A DNA stretch of 64,000 nt, from NCBI RefSeq assembly GCF_018977255.1, contig NW_024704743.1, positions 2,730,001 to 2,794,000 on the forward strand, given 5' to 3'. A model generated the notes under the pieces. That model ran no database searches and was not told the origin of the DNA. It saw only the letters and a program-made list of their open reading frames with translations. Both the position numbers and the translations under genes were made by a program. This DNA is from Callorhinchus milii. Taxonomy: Eukaryota. This document shows, piece by piece, positions 39,398 through 53,059 of this stretch (its first letter is position 1; the number at the start of each line of letters is the position of its first letter).

Positions 39398-41454
39398 AGG
39401 TCCCATATAGATCAATGTAAGGTACTACATAGATGTCGGAATTATGAATAAAAAACACATGTACAATGCAAAACAAATTGACATTTGTACAGTGTATTTC
39501 ACATCAGGAGGACATCCCAAGGTGATAAACAATACTGCTCGAGCTCGAGATAGGACACGAGGAAACAAGTGTCATCAAACAGTAGGTCTGAGATGGACCT
39601 TTCACTCGTTTGGTTGGGTAGAAGTTGAGTCATATGGAGCAATATGGCACAGAAATAGGCGTTTCATCCCAACCTATCTATTCTGATGTCCGCTCTGATG
39701 ATTCCTCCACAATGCTTCTATTCCCCTCTTCTACACCCACTTCCCTGATGAGCCAAAGAGGCAGCAGAAAGAGACATGATTTGGTGAGTTATATCAACAG
39801 TTCATAGAGGGAACATTGGACACTAAAGGACACTAAAGGCTGAACACTCCATCCCCTCGATGTCCCCCCAGACGATAAGAGAAATAGGGTGGACTGTTCT
39901 GTTATAACTCACAGATTTCATTCCACAGCCAATAAACAGAGCAAAAGGTCTGCATTCTTCTGTTTCACTCCCAAACTAAAAGCATTCAGTAGAGAGTGAA
40001 AAACAGAGAAAGGTTCTGATTTATCCTTAGGTTCTCAGACTGAAGGTTAGCAAGTTACCAGCAGATTACAAAGGAGGTTATGCGGTTTAGGAACAAATGA
40101 TTAATGCGATTCAAACACTTCTCATCTGCACAATGAGTCAGGCTTCCAACACTCTGCAAAAGTAAATGGTTCAAATGTAATTGGTCTGAAGGGTCTTTTA
40201 CAGGTGAAGCCAGGTGTCAGCCTGGACCAGCTCACTTGGAGCTCAGCTGAAGGTTCAGCTTCCATATTTATACTGACAATAATCCTTGCATTTGATACAG
40301 CATTTATATTGTCTAAGCGCCTCCAAGCTCTTCATGGTAAGAGATATCAAGGCACTATGTATTTGTGGGCAAACACAGAGTAAGTTCCAACAAACAGACA
40401 TGAAGTGAATGACCAACTTAACTGGGGGGAATGTTGGCCAGGACACCAGGAGAATAATAATAATACTTACGTTTGATATAACGCCTTGTCGGGTCGTTCA
40501 GATGTCTCAAATTGCTTCACAGAATATACTGTAAAATGGATTGACTATACTTTGGGGGTGAAACGCGGAAGCCAACTGCACACTGCAGGGTCCCCACAAA
40601 CTGTCGTGGATTTCGGCAAAACTGGTAGCTATTTGCTGAAGCAAATTCCCATCTCTTATAAGGAGGAAAGGAGAACTCCCTTCTCTGTCTGGATAGTGCC
40701 CTGGGATCTTTAACATCGTCTTGAACAGGCAGGTGGGAATTTTGTTTCAACATATCATCATCCAAAGGCCAGCATCCCCGACAATGCAATGCGTCTCCCC
40801 AGTACTGCCTGGAGCGCTTAAAAGTGGCAGAGCCTGATACTGAGCCAGGGGGTGGGAGGAGGTGACAGTAAGCATGGTCGAAGAGGAAGGTCTTCAGTCA
40901 TGATCTCAAAGAAGGGGAGCAGTCAAAGCGGAGGGATTGAGGAAGAGAGTTCCAAAGCTTCAGAGCATAGTGGTTGAAGGCACAGCCAGTGATGGTGGAG
41001 CGGAGGGGACAAGGGACAAACAGGAGGCCATAGCCAGCCGAGGGAGGCAGTGGGAAGTGGAATGTGGAGAGAGCAGGTCAGAGAGGTAGGGAGATACCAG
41101 GGCATGAAGGGACTTTTTAGAAGATTGTGTGTTAATGTTCGAAAAGCCTGGGTGAAATGCAGCAAAGACAGAATAACAGCAGCTACATGTGTACACTGAG
41201 CTGGAGGAGCTGGGGATGGTTTTCAGTGAAGCGATACCCTCTAGTGGAACACACACCAGTTCAGTAGCTTGATTTTAGTTTATTTGCTTCCATCTGCAAC
41301 TCCATCCCACAGTTTCTCGGTTTCGCTCCTTTTCTCATCTCATTCAAGGTTTGTCTCAATCCTTCCCCTTTGAGCATCCCCCAACCACCGCCCCCCCCCA
41401 CACACACAGACGCAAACCTTGGTTCCCAGCTCAGGTGCCAAACCAGGACTGTCA

Positions 41455-41930
41455 ACAATAACAAAAACAACAAATGACAGTTACACGGCATCTTTCATGT
41501 CAGGAGGACACCCCAGGGTGCTGGACAGTCAAGGATCCACAGCCGAGCTGGTGGTTGGGATCAGGAGAGGTGGAGGGAGGGTGGGGGTAGGAGGGTGGCC
41601 GAATGCGTGGTGGAAGAGAAGGGTCTTGAGATGTGGCTTGAAGGATGCAAGGAGGGGGTGAGGTGAAGGGACTGTGGGATGAAGGCCCGACCGCCGATGG
41701 TACGATGGGCCTGGCAGGGGATGTGGAGCAGGTCAGAGCCCGCTGAGCAGAGGGAGCAGGGCAGGTTGATATGGAGTTAGCAGGTCACAGAGATAGGGAG
41801 GAGCAGAGCCGTGGAAAGCGAGGATGAGGATTCTCTGGGGGATGGGGAGCCAGACGAGGATGGGGAGGGAGGTATCTTGGGACAGCCTCCTGATGTGAAA
41901 GGACTATTTAAATGTAAATTTGTATTGTAT
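41455..41930 (-). mobile_element. L2-type LINE 3' fragment
   Basis: Reverse complement of the L2 tail, UTR and ORF2 C-terminus. Confidence 0.72.
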
Positions 41931-42454
41931 TAGTCACAGCTCCGATCACACTCCTGCTCTTCATTATAAACCAGCAAGCAAACATTCTTCAGAAGGAAAA
42001 CGGGCAAAGAGCAGGCAGAGAGGGAGGTAAAGGGAACGAGAAAAAAAAGAGTGACGGAGATAGACAAAGAGAACGAGAGAAACGGGCAGGGAAAGGCAGA
42101 TACAGAGATTGAGACAGAAGAATAATAGAGAGAAAAAGAGAAAGAGACGGAGTCAGAGAGAAACAAAACTAAACAGCTAAAGACTGAGTCAGAAACAAAA
42201 CTTTCACCTCAGAAGGCTGTTTCAAAGTACTGTTGTGACTGTATATTTTATAGGTGAAAGTGGCAGCCCATTTGCACACAATTAGCAATATCCCCCAAGC
42301 AGCCATGAAGTGAATGACACAATTTTATCTGGAGGATTGTTGGCCAAGACACCGGGAAAATATCACTATTTGATCTTTAATGTCCACCTGAAAAGCCAGA
42401 CGTGACCTTAGTTTAACATCTGATCCAAAGGTGGATGAGAGTGGAAGACAATGA

Positions 42455-42803
42455 GGAATCCTGCAGCTCAGTGGTTAGAGTGCTCGACTCATAAGCGAGA
42501 AACCTGCCGTTGGGCAAGTTTCCTTACTCCACACACACACACACATCTCTGTTTACCAAGCAATAATTAGGAACCCGATTGTTAGTCGGTTGGCAGATCG
42601 CTTTTCTGGGGATAATAATTCCTTAAAAAAATAATAAGGTGGTCACTATTCAACCCACGGCTGTTTGTGGGGACACTGCTGTGCACAATCGGCTGCCGCA
42701 TTTCGCCCACAAAATATACAGTCAATTCCCTTTACAGTGTATCCTGTGAAACGTCTCGAAGACGTGATAAGGCGCTATGTCAAAGGCAAGGCTTATTATT
42801 ATT
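42455..42803 (+). mobile_element. Family A SINE
   Basis: Head, body, Deu core and tail. Confidence 0.83.
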
Positions 42804-44640
42804 ACTGTAATTAGAAACAGAGACAGGACAGGTATGAGAGACAAGGGGAGGGATGGAAGAGAGAAATAGGTGGGTAGTTGCTCTCTGGATTTGCTTATGC
42901 TTTGCATCTCCTTCAGCTTCCACCCCCAGCTCGGCTGCCCAGACAGCAGTGTTAAGTGCTTTGAGATGTCCTCCTGATGTGAAAGGCGCGATATAAATGT
43001 AAATCGTATTGTTTTGTACACCGCCAATCCTAGCAAACTACGCTGCATCCATGCTACCTCTGCAACCTTCCTACGTGCTGTCTGGTTTCATCAGTCGCAG
43101 CAAAACAGGATGAATATGTCTTGGGTGTTTTTGCCACTAAACACTAAGCTATATTTTCTATTAACAAAGTCACACTAGAGAGAAAGCCTCACCCTCATGT
43201 TCTTGTGAGTTTGTGCATCTTACCAATTAATAAACAGCAGCCCCTCCCCCACAGTAAACAGTCAAGCCTCGACTATGGAGCTGGGACGAAAGGCGAAGGG
43301 GTGCGGAAAACTGCTCTGAAAAATGTGTCATGTGATAATTATCATATCGAGGGGCGTCCAACACCTGGAGCTGTGTAAACCCCAATCTAAACCCCAGTCT
43401 AAACCCCAATCTATATTTAAATGCCATCTGCCTGTCCAGGTGGATGTTTAATATCCCGCGGCATTACTCGAAAAGAGAAGGGAGTTTCTCTCTCCCAGTG
43501 TCCTGGCCAACAATCCCCCAAATAAAATAAAACAAAATTATAGTCAATTCACTTTACAGTATATTCTGTGAAGCGCTTTGAGAAGTCTCAAAGACGTGAT
43601 AAGGCGCTGTACCAAATGTAAGGATTATTATTATTCAGAGTCACCCACAAAAGACTTGAATCAGCTATCACCAAATGTTTTTGTGACCAGCTGGGTGTCT
43701 GGCACGTACAAGTGACCAATTTTATTACCTGGGAGATCGTTGCCCAGGACAACAGGAGAAACTCCCTTCTTTTTCGAGCAGTGCCAAAGGGCAGCACCTC
43801 TGACAATGCAGGTCACTCCCAGCTCGGGAGTAAGTATCAGCCAAGACTGTGTGAGTTCAAAGTCCTGTCGAGTGGCTCAAACCCATCTCCTTCTGACTCA
43901 GAGGCAACAGAACCAAGCCAACACACCCGATAACAAAGGAGTCCGGGGAGGGGGCGCGGGAGGGGAGAATACACAAATCAAAGCTTTTTTGGCATTGATA
44001 TTAAAAGAACTATCAGGTGCAACATTCAAGCGCTGTAGGAATGTAGCAATTAAGATGCTGCTGGAAATGTTGATGTCTGGTGCTAGCTTTTCAAGGAAAA
44101 GCAGTCTCTTGTAAACAGATTCCTGCTCATAAATAATTCATTGCCCTAAATTCCCATTTGCAGTCAGCCGCAGCCTCCTATGTGCCACAGGCTGGTGTTA
44201 CTTTGAACTGTTTCACTGCATTACAAGGGACTGTGTTGCTGGCTCTAAGGTTTCCCCTGTGAGGACGCTGTTTCCCGGGAAAGCGAGAGTATGTGAGCTG
44301 TGAACAAAAAAGAGCTGCACACGGTAGAAGCCAAAAGATTTTCAGAGCCTGGACGCCAGCCTAGGATTACATCAGTTCCTAATTGGTAATAATAATAATA
44401 ATTATTGGTAGTCTCCAAACCAGAGAGATAGATCATGGGCGGTGTGGAGTGGTGGTGAGCAATAACCCCCCTTTTAACTTTTATTATTTAATAATTTGAG
44501 CTAAGCAGTAATTTAAATACAGTACAGCCTTGTTATAATGCATTTCACTATAGCGCGGATATAATAATGTAACAATAATCCTTGCATTTGATATAGCACC
44601 TTGTCAGCTCATAGAGATGTCTCAAAGCGCTTCACAGAAT

Positions 44641-44961
44641 AATAATAATAATAATCCTTGCATTTGATATAGCGCTTTTCACGTCGGGAGGACATCCCAA
44701 AACGCTTCACAGAACACACTGTAAAGTGAATTGACTGTATATTTGTGGGCGAACGCAGCAGCCAATTGCGCACAGCAATGTCCCACAAACAGTCGTAGAT
44801 TGAAAATGACCAATTTATTATTGTTTGTGGTTTTGGAGGGATTATTATTAGGCTCTGTGTGGAGTAAGGAAACTTGCCCAAGGTTTCGCCCTCTGCCTGG
44901 AATTGAACTCAGGTCTCTCACTTGCAAAGCAAGTGCTCTAACCACTGAGCTACAGGACTCC
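44641..44961 (-). mobile_element. Family A SINE, young subfamily (A2), nested in an older SINE
   Basis: Full-length reverse copy, flanked by cagaata at 44635-44641 and 44961-44967. Confidence 0.9.
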
Positions 44962-45011
44962 AGAATATACATAATATAAATAATAATAATAATAACTGAG
45001 CTACAGGACTC

Positions 45012-45329
45012 GTGGAGTCCTGTAGCTCAGTGGTTAGAGCACTCGCTTTGCAAGCGAGAGACCGGAGTTCAATCCCCGGGGGATCAGGGCGAAACCTTGG
45101 GCAAGTTTCCTTACTCCACACAGAGCCTAATAATAATCCCTCCAAAACCAAAAACAATAATAAATTGGTCATTTTCAGTCCACGACTGTTTGTCGGACGT
45201 TGCTGTGCGCAATTGGCTGCCGCGTTCGCCCACAAATATACAGTCAATTCACTTTACAGTATATTTTGTGAAGCGCTTTGGGACGTCCTCCCGACGTGAA
45301 AAGCGCTATATCAAATGCAAGGATTATTA
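45012..45329 (+). mobile_element. Family A SINE, young subfamily (A2), head-to-head with the previous copy
   Basis: Full-length forward copy; ataatataaa duplicated at 44971-44980 and 45332-45341. Confidence 0.9.
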
Positions 45330-46894
45330 GTATAATATAAAGTGTAGTGACTGTGTCTTTTGTGTGCGAAACGCGGCAGCCAATTGCGCTCAGCAGTGCC
45401 CCACAAACAATCGTGGATCAAGTGACCAATTTTGTATAATTTTTGGGGGGAGGGATTATTACCCCCGGAATGCAATCCACTAATTGACCAGCAAGTGGGT
45501 TCCCACTTACTGACTTCAATTTGAATGAAATCATGCTGATTGAGCAAAGAGGCGGGGGGCATTGGTGCTGGATTTGGGTGGTCCCTGTGGGCTGTGGTCC
45601 TTGTGGGAGTTTGAGAGAGCAATGTTGAGAGGGGGGGAGGAAATAATGAGTGAAATGTATTCAGACTTCCTGGCGCTGAACCAACCAATGCACAATGTGT
45701 GCCTCATCTGTTGGCACATGTTGCTCAGGTCTGTTTGGCTGCTGCCACATGTGATATTTCACACTTACATGATCTTTCTTGATACGCACACAGAAGCTGG
45801 GAACATTTGCACCAATTACCATTGTTACGTTCACGGGATAGAAGAATAAAAGTTTGTATTTTATTCCAATTAGACCCAATGGTTTTATTTAGCCACACCT
45901 CAGCCTGGTTCAGTTGGTCGCACTCTCCCCTGTGAGTCAGAAAGTTGTGAGATCAAGCCCCACATAAGGAGTTTGAGCTCCCGGTGTAGGCTGACATTCT
46001 GCTGCAGTGCTGCGGGGAGCACTACATTGGCAGAGGTGACGTCCTTCAGATGAAACGTTGAACCAAAGTCCTATTTGCCTCCTCAACGGGATATTTAAGA
46101 TCATGGTAATATTAAAAAGTGAAGGGGAGTTTTTCCCTGTATCTAATTTGAGCACAGCAATATTCCCACAAACAGCCATGAAGTCAAATGATAGGTTGTA
46201 TCTGGGGATTGTTGACCAGGACATCGGGTGAGAGAAACTCCCTTCTTTTTTTCGCACAGTGCCATAGGATACCTTTGGGACCTTGGTTTAACATCTTTCC
46301 GAAGGACAGCACCTCAGACAATGCAGCACACACGCTCAGCTCCGCATTGGAGTGTCAGCATCAACAAGTCCTGATATAGGGCTTGAACCACAACAACAAC
46401 TTGTATTTATAAAGTACCCTTCACATAGGGTAGCGTCCCGGAGCACTTGACAATGGCAATGTCTGACCCTGAGCCAGGGGGAGAGGGAAGGGGGAGGTGA
46501 TCGTAAGCCTGATTACTCTGCCTTTACCGATAACAAACCACTTGCCACACCTCTGCTCATCTAACTGCAGAAACTATGCTCAGACGCATTTAAATTCATT
46601 ACGATGTGTTCTGTAACCTAAGTGGATTCTGTCTGGATCCAATTTCACTAACAAGGGAATTTTATTACTTGCAAACACGTAAGACACCACAGACAGCAAC
46701 AACATGCATTTCAGCTTCCTTCACCACTCATCAAATAATGTCATGCAATATACAATTTATTGTCTGGATCATCTAAAGCTCAGCAAGAAACCTACAGCCT
46801 GTGAGTGTCCAGAAAGAGCAAAGCAATTCCCACCAATATCATATCGTCGAGGGGGGAGGGGGCGGGAGAAAACCACCAGCAATACATCTGCATA

Positions 46895-47200
46895 AACGGC
46901 TTCTCCTCCCGCTCTCACCCGGTTACCTGCGGGTACCCCAAGGATCCATCCTTGGCCCCCTCCTCTTTCTGATCTATATGCTCCCTCTTGGGGATGTCAT
47001 CCGCAGACATGGGGTAAACTTCCACATGTATGCGGACGACACCCAACTCTATTTTTCCACCTCTCTTTGCGCCCCCCCAGTCCCCTGATGTTCTGCCTGT
47101 CAGATCTCGGGGCTGGATGAGCGCAAACTTCCTCCAGCTGAACGCTGACAAGATGGAAGCCATACTCTTTGGCTCTCGTCAATGTCTAAAATCTCACGGC
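46895..47200 (+). mobile_element. L2-type LINE reverse-transcriptase fragment
   Basis: [40 protein letters not shown] (PQG and YADD motifs), then WMSANFLQLNADKMEAILFGS in a shifted frame. Confidence 0.92.
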
Positions 47201-50200
47201 TCTCACCTCCTCCACCGACCCGACCTCCCCCTAAAACTTGTCTGGCACATTTTACCTCAGAAACAGGGTTTGCTGTAAAGTGTAGAGACTGTGTATGTTA
47301 CAGGTGAAATGTGGCAGCCAATTTGCATACAGCAACGTTCCATAAACAGCAATGAAAGTCAATGACCAATTGTAACTGGGGATTGTCAGCCAGGAATCCG
47401 AGAGAAAACTCCCTAGAATCTCATCAAATCCTCATTACAGGGAAATTATACCCATTTCACTAAACACACCATTTGCCACCTGAAAAGAACCCACATCACC
47501 GACTGCAATGTGAAAAACATTTTCAAATGATCTGAAAGATTTATTTTGTCGAAGATGATTTTGAAAACACATTGTACTTTGTGGAGCTCAGTGGAAAATG
47601 TACTTTCTAATACATTTAAAAAGTTAAATATGGATTTAATGTGATCAGAGGTACAAGGCTGGTACACCACTCGACGATTAAATGGGACAGAGAAAGTTAA
47701 CTCGGAACAATACTTTCAGATGCAGCAGAATAAGGAGACCCGGGTTTACAGTTGTAACGGGTGAGATGTCAGCCTGACTCAGTTGGTAGCAAATTCTCCT
47801 CTGAGTCAAAGGGCTAAGGACTGAAACCCTGATTCAGACTTTGAGTTCAAGTGGTCTGAACTAACCACATGGTCTGGCCAATGTGGGAGATTCTGTCTTT
47901 GGGATCAGCCAATTTGCGCACAGCAATGTCCTACAAACAAGCATGAAGTGAGTGACCAATTTTATTTGGGGGATTGTTGTTCACCAGGAGAGAGAAACTG
48001 CTTTCTCTTGTCGAACAGCGCCGCAGGATCTTTAACACCCACCTGAACTGGCAGACGGAGCCTCGCGTTAACGTTTCCTCCGAAAGACAGTTATGAGACA
48101 GAATGAAATGTTAAACAAGTTCAATGGCCTGATTAACCCCCTGCCCCACACGCCATATTTTGTGGGCGAAACGTGGAAGCCAATTGCACGCAGAAGCGTC
48201 CCATAAACAGTCGTGGAATGAGTAACTAACAATCGGGTTCCTTCTAAATACTCGGTAATCAGAACTGTGTGAAGTAAGAAAACCAGGTCCTTTCGTTTGC
48301 AAGGCGAGTGCTCAACCCACTACACTACAGGGACTCCACTGATAAAACTCAGCTCCATTCTCATCCGAGCTGGGGGAAGCAATGAAGGAGCATGGCTCTG
48401 AGCAGTCCTGGGGTAACCAGGCTCTAGGTTGGTATAAAGTCACCCCTGTGGCAAACTAATCAATACCGTGCTTCAGATCCTGAGGCTCTAAAGATAAAAC
48501 CATCAGCAACGCAGCAGCTCATCCTTCAATACCAAACAACAAGAAGTGAAAATACAACAATAACAACACAACAAGATTACATTTGTATAGAACATAAATA
48601 AAATACTCGGGCAGCTGTTTGGCTAAATCAAACATTTGATACAAAAACTATTTGAATTAATGCCATCAGATTGAGACATCCCCAGTCCACAGAAAAAACA
48701 AAACAACATTGACTGGGAATGTGGACTGACTGTACTGTGGCCGAGAACATAAACAGACAGTTCAGTAAGAGGAATCCTTCACTCCTTCACTCACCTGATT
48801 GTCCACCTTTCCCAGGTACAGCTCCACTCACACACAGTCAGTCCATTGTTACATTGCAATCACAGTTTCCGCCACTGTTCCTTTCTAACCTGCCTGACCT
48901 TTACATACATCACTGCCGTCTCTTTGTAGAGAAAGTTAGACTCTATTCAGGGACTAAGTCACTCAAAATCCCTCCACGTTAGAGTAAATCCTGTGAAACG
49001 CTTTGAGACGTCCTGAAGTGAAAGGTGCTAAATCAATCGTCAGGATTATTATTGTCATTATGTAACAGAACTCATCGGGCAGACCATTTGCCATTGCTGG
49101 CTGAGCTCCTGAGCTGGTGATGGGATGATCTGCCTTTGTGTAAGTACAAAGCTGTCCATTAGATAGAATTACACAGAATAATACAACACAGAAAAAGCCC
49201 ATTCAGCCCAACTAGTCCATACCACATGAATCCCCATCTCTCCTATTTCCCTCTCCTGTACTCCTCTATTCCCTTCTCCTCATGCAAGCATCTAGTTTGC
49301 TCTGAAGTAGTTTGCTCTGCTGCTATTTATTTTAACCACAGCTTCCGCAATTAGTTCCTCATTCTCACTACCTTCTTCATAAAGACGTTCCTCCTAAATT
49401 CCCTTTTAGGTTGGCTTCTGGCCGGCTAATATCCCCACCCCTACCCCTCTCTTGCCCCCCACCCCCACCCCCCACTCTCCCCACACCCCCACCCCACAAC
49501 AAGTATTCCATCTGATAACTGGGACATTGCTCTATGCAAATTGGCAGCCAACTTCACCTACAAAATACACAGTAACTACACTTTACAGTAAATCCTGTGA
49601 ATCACTTTTAGATGTCCTCCTGATGCGATAAGGTACCATATCAAACGCAAAGGTTGTTGTTAGGATTAGTTATAATGGGTGACATTTCCTGCAAATAAAC
49701 ACCCTCTACACTTAAGAGCGATTACCCGTGAAGCGCTTTGAGATGGTTCATTGTTATTGGTGTAGCATCACATTATTATTATTATATATTATTATTATTA
49801 TATTATTACAAATGACAGAGAAGGAAAGGGGAGTGAAAGTAATATTCTGACGCCCAGATAAAATTTATAAAATGAAATGTTCCTGGCGACTTTTGTGTTT
49901 GTACTAGATTTGTAGCATCTGCAGTATTTTACCTTTTATAAAATGAAAGCATTTGGGGTGAACCCAGGTGCAAGAGAGCTTCCATTTACACAGAGAGAGA
50001 GAGAGTGAGAGAGAGAAAATGCTAGCCAAACATACCTTGCACTGAATGAAAAAACTCCTGTTTACAGTGAATCTGCCTTCAGTACAAGCTTGAGTGCTGC
50101 TCATCCACTACTTAACCCATAAAGTAAAATATTTCTTGCAGATCAATAGGAACCAGTACCTCTAGTTACAAAGCACTTAGAGAAGCTCTCCCTCCCGGGA

Positions 50201-51349
50201 ACAGCCTCCTCTCGTTGACAGCTTTGCCTCTGGTCTGATCTCGCCAGCAGCCTGCTCCTTTCCCCACATTAATCATCTCTGCACAATTTTACTCTCAACT
50301 AAACAGTTCACTATCTCCAGCGCTTACACTGGGCTATTTTACATTTAAACCTGGGCGTCAAAACGCCATTTTCACTTGTCTTTCCCTCTCTGCCATATAG
50401 AATAACAATAAAAATATGCTTTGCGAGTGTTAGAGCGCCTATGGTGTTCAACCGTCTCAAGTGCTTCACAGGTAATAGCTGTCAAACGTAGTGGCTGTTT
50501 ATTTGTAGGCAACTGGCAAACACAGTACAATTTACATTCATATAAACACCTTTAATGTCAGGAGGATGTCTCTAAGTGTCTCACAATCAGCCAGGGGGGA
50601 AACAGCCAATACTGTCAGATCAATATCAATGTGAACTTACAATGTTCTGACCTAGATAAGGCAGGGAGGGTAGGATTGGTGCAAATGGGTAAATAGGTCA
50701 CAGATTGATATAAGACAAATAATAAAATAATCCTTACATTTAATATAGTGCCCTTCACGTTAAGAGGACGTCTCAAAGGTGCTGAATTAATTGCAAAGAT
50801 TATCATTATTTTAACATTTTATCTGGGACCAACAATCCAATGCATAAAATTGGTCATTCCCTTCACGGCTGTATTGCTCTGTGCAAATTGGCTTTGATAT
50901 TCAACTCCAGATATGTCGTCACTACACTTCACAGTGCAAGACGCTGACAAACAACAACTTGCATTTATATTATTATTATATTATCAATTATTATTTTTTT
51001 AAAATTTATTTTTGAAGAGATTATTGCCCCCGGAAATGCGATTTCTAACAACCGGGCTCTTACTGACTGCTGGGTAAACAGAGGTATGTGGAGTAAGGAA
51101 ATATATTGCCCTGCCCCACAAACATCCCATATTGTCCCACAAACAGCCATTCAGTGAGTAACCAAATACAAAGACTATTATTATATATGGCGAGACATGT
51201 CAGTACATTAGTGCAGCTTCGGTGGCAAACCGTGTACGACAAAGCAAATGACTCTGGATCCCCAAGAATAGTTGGGGCTGATGGAACGATGGCAGAGGTA
51301 GAAGCAACACAGATCAAAAGCAAGTTTGACAGTGAGAGCAATTGTGTGG

Positions 51350-51530
51350 GGATATTATTCCAGCTGCGACACGTAACCGGTGACATTCCCGTGGGGTCAG
51401 CGCTCGGACAGATACTTGTCAAAATCTACATAAACAATTTAGATCAGGAAATCAGAAGTAGAATTGGTAAGTCTGCTCCCGACACGGAATTGTCCAGGTT
51501 TGTGTAATGTATTGTGAAGCCGACTATTAA
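51350..51530 (+). mobile_element. Highly decayed CR1 reverse-transcriptase fragment
   Basis: VTGDIPVGSALGQILVKIYINNLD resembles CR1 VTSGVPQGSVLGPLLFxIYINDLD. Confidence 0.7.
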
Positions 51531-51697
51531 ATATTCAGTGGGATCTGGAGAGCCTGAGCAATTGAACAGATGATAGATTGCCGATTGGTATCTCAGGCAG
51601 ATAAGAGCAATGTAATGAATGTGGCTGTGAAGAATGCTACTTTTCATAACAGATTTGATGTGATAATTGAGCTTCCAAACTCTCCGCGCAATTTATT

Positions 51698-52020
51698 GGG
51701 GTATTGTAGCTCAGTGGTTAGAGCAAGCACTCGCCTCGCAAGTGAGAGGACCCAGGTTCGGTTCCTGGCCGGGGCAAAACCTTAGGCAGGTTTCCTTACT
51801 CCACGCACACGTATCTGTTTACCAGGAGTAAGTGGGAGCCCGGTTGTTAGTCAGTCAATCCACAGCAGTTTGTGGGGACGCTGCTGTGCACAATTGGCTG
51901 CCGCTTTTCGCCCACAAAATACACAGTCAATTCACATTACAGTATAGTCTGTGAAGGAATTTGAGGCGGCTGAACGACACGATGAGGCGCTGTATCAAAT
52001 GCAAGGATTATTATTATTAT
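51698..52020 (+). mobile_element. Family A SINE
   Basis: Head with CGC loop, Deu core and tail. Confidence 0.83.
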
Positions 52021-52533
52021 TTTTTGATATAGGCGAGGAGTTATTCTATTCAGTAACTTTGGGGAATCTGTTCCTGTTGCGATTTGGGATCCTGTTCACT
52101 AGAACTGAGAAGGTGAAGGATGACCTGGATGGAGATCTTCAAGATTATGAAGTTTTGGAATTTATTTATTATAATTATTTCATTAATTATTATTATTAAG
52201 AAAAGGATTTAGAGAAGGTTGAAAAGCAGACATATTTTATCAAATAAAGTTTGTGAGCTACAAGAGCGTTCAGAAATACAGGAACACAAAGGAATGATCT
52301 TAAGTGATCATCTTTACATTTGATACAGCAACATCATGCGGACATCTCAAAAAGCATCACCAGTTACTGTAACGTGCAGTGAGGCAAACACAACAATCAA
52401 TCAGTGTATAATGTCCCATAAACAGCCATGAAGCGAATGACCAATTGTATTTTGGAGGATTGTTTGCCCAGATCCAGATTGGGGGAAACTCCTTCCTTCT
52501 CTCAAAACGGGATCTTTAACGTCCACCTGAACA

Positions 52534-52567
<34 letters not shown>

Positions 52568-52972
52568 CTGAGGGATAAAAATTCTGCCTGGAATCTCAAT
52601 CGACTGGAAGAAACAATAGTGAACAGCCAAACACGGAGATTTAATGTAGATTCACGGAAACCTTGTTCTAAGCTGTTCCTAGCCCCTCCATAAACATGGC
52701 CTCCTTTTATATTATATTCTGTGGAAATATTAATGCTCTTGTGGCTAATTTGTAGTATTAACAATTTTCTTAATAAGAAACGTCTTTCAATAGAATCCAA
52801 ATTCTAAAACATTGGAAAAAATGTGTTCAGCACATTAAACAGTTTTAGAGCTAATGATAAATGACCATTTCTTATTCAGAAATCGGTGAAGAAATAGCTC
52901 AAATAGGTCCCAGTGCAATTATTCCCCCCCCCACACCTCCTTCCCCAGAGATGTAAAGGTACGAATACATAC

Positions 52973-53059
52973 TTGATATCACTGAAGGCACTCATTTGCA
53001 GCTTCAGAAGATGTGCCAAATCGTCCATTAATTCCAGACCTTTATCTACGCTCAGTGGG
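52973..53059 (-). CDS. PTPRN2: PTPRN2-like exon (~exon 10), ectodomain
   Basis: Acceptor ctctccatcccaacag| and donor |gtatgt. 87 nt, phase 2 to phase 2. Encodes (D)PLSVDKGLELMDDLAHLLKLQMSAFSDI, comparable to phogrin [29 protein letters not shown] (recalled from memory). Confidence 0.92.

Noticed and set aside
45012..45090. tRNA-Ala-like cloverleaf (TGC or CGC anticodon loops) here and at many other sites
   Set aside because: Each runs straight into SINE body sequence, with an imperfect acceptor stem and no terminator. These are SINE heads, not tRNA genes.
46801..47278. Reverse transcriptase with an intact YADD motif as a possible active or domesticated RT
   Set aside because: Only about 300 bp, frameshifted and truncated on both sides.
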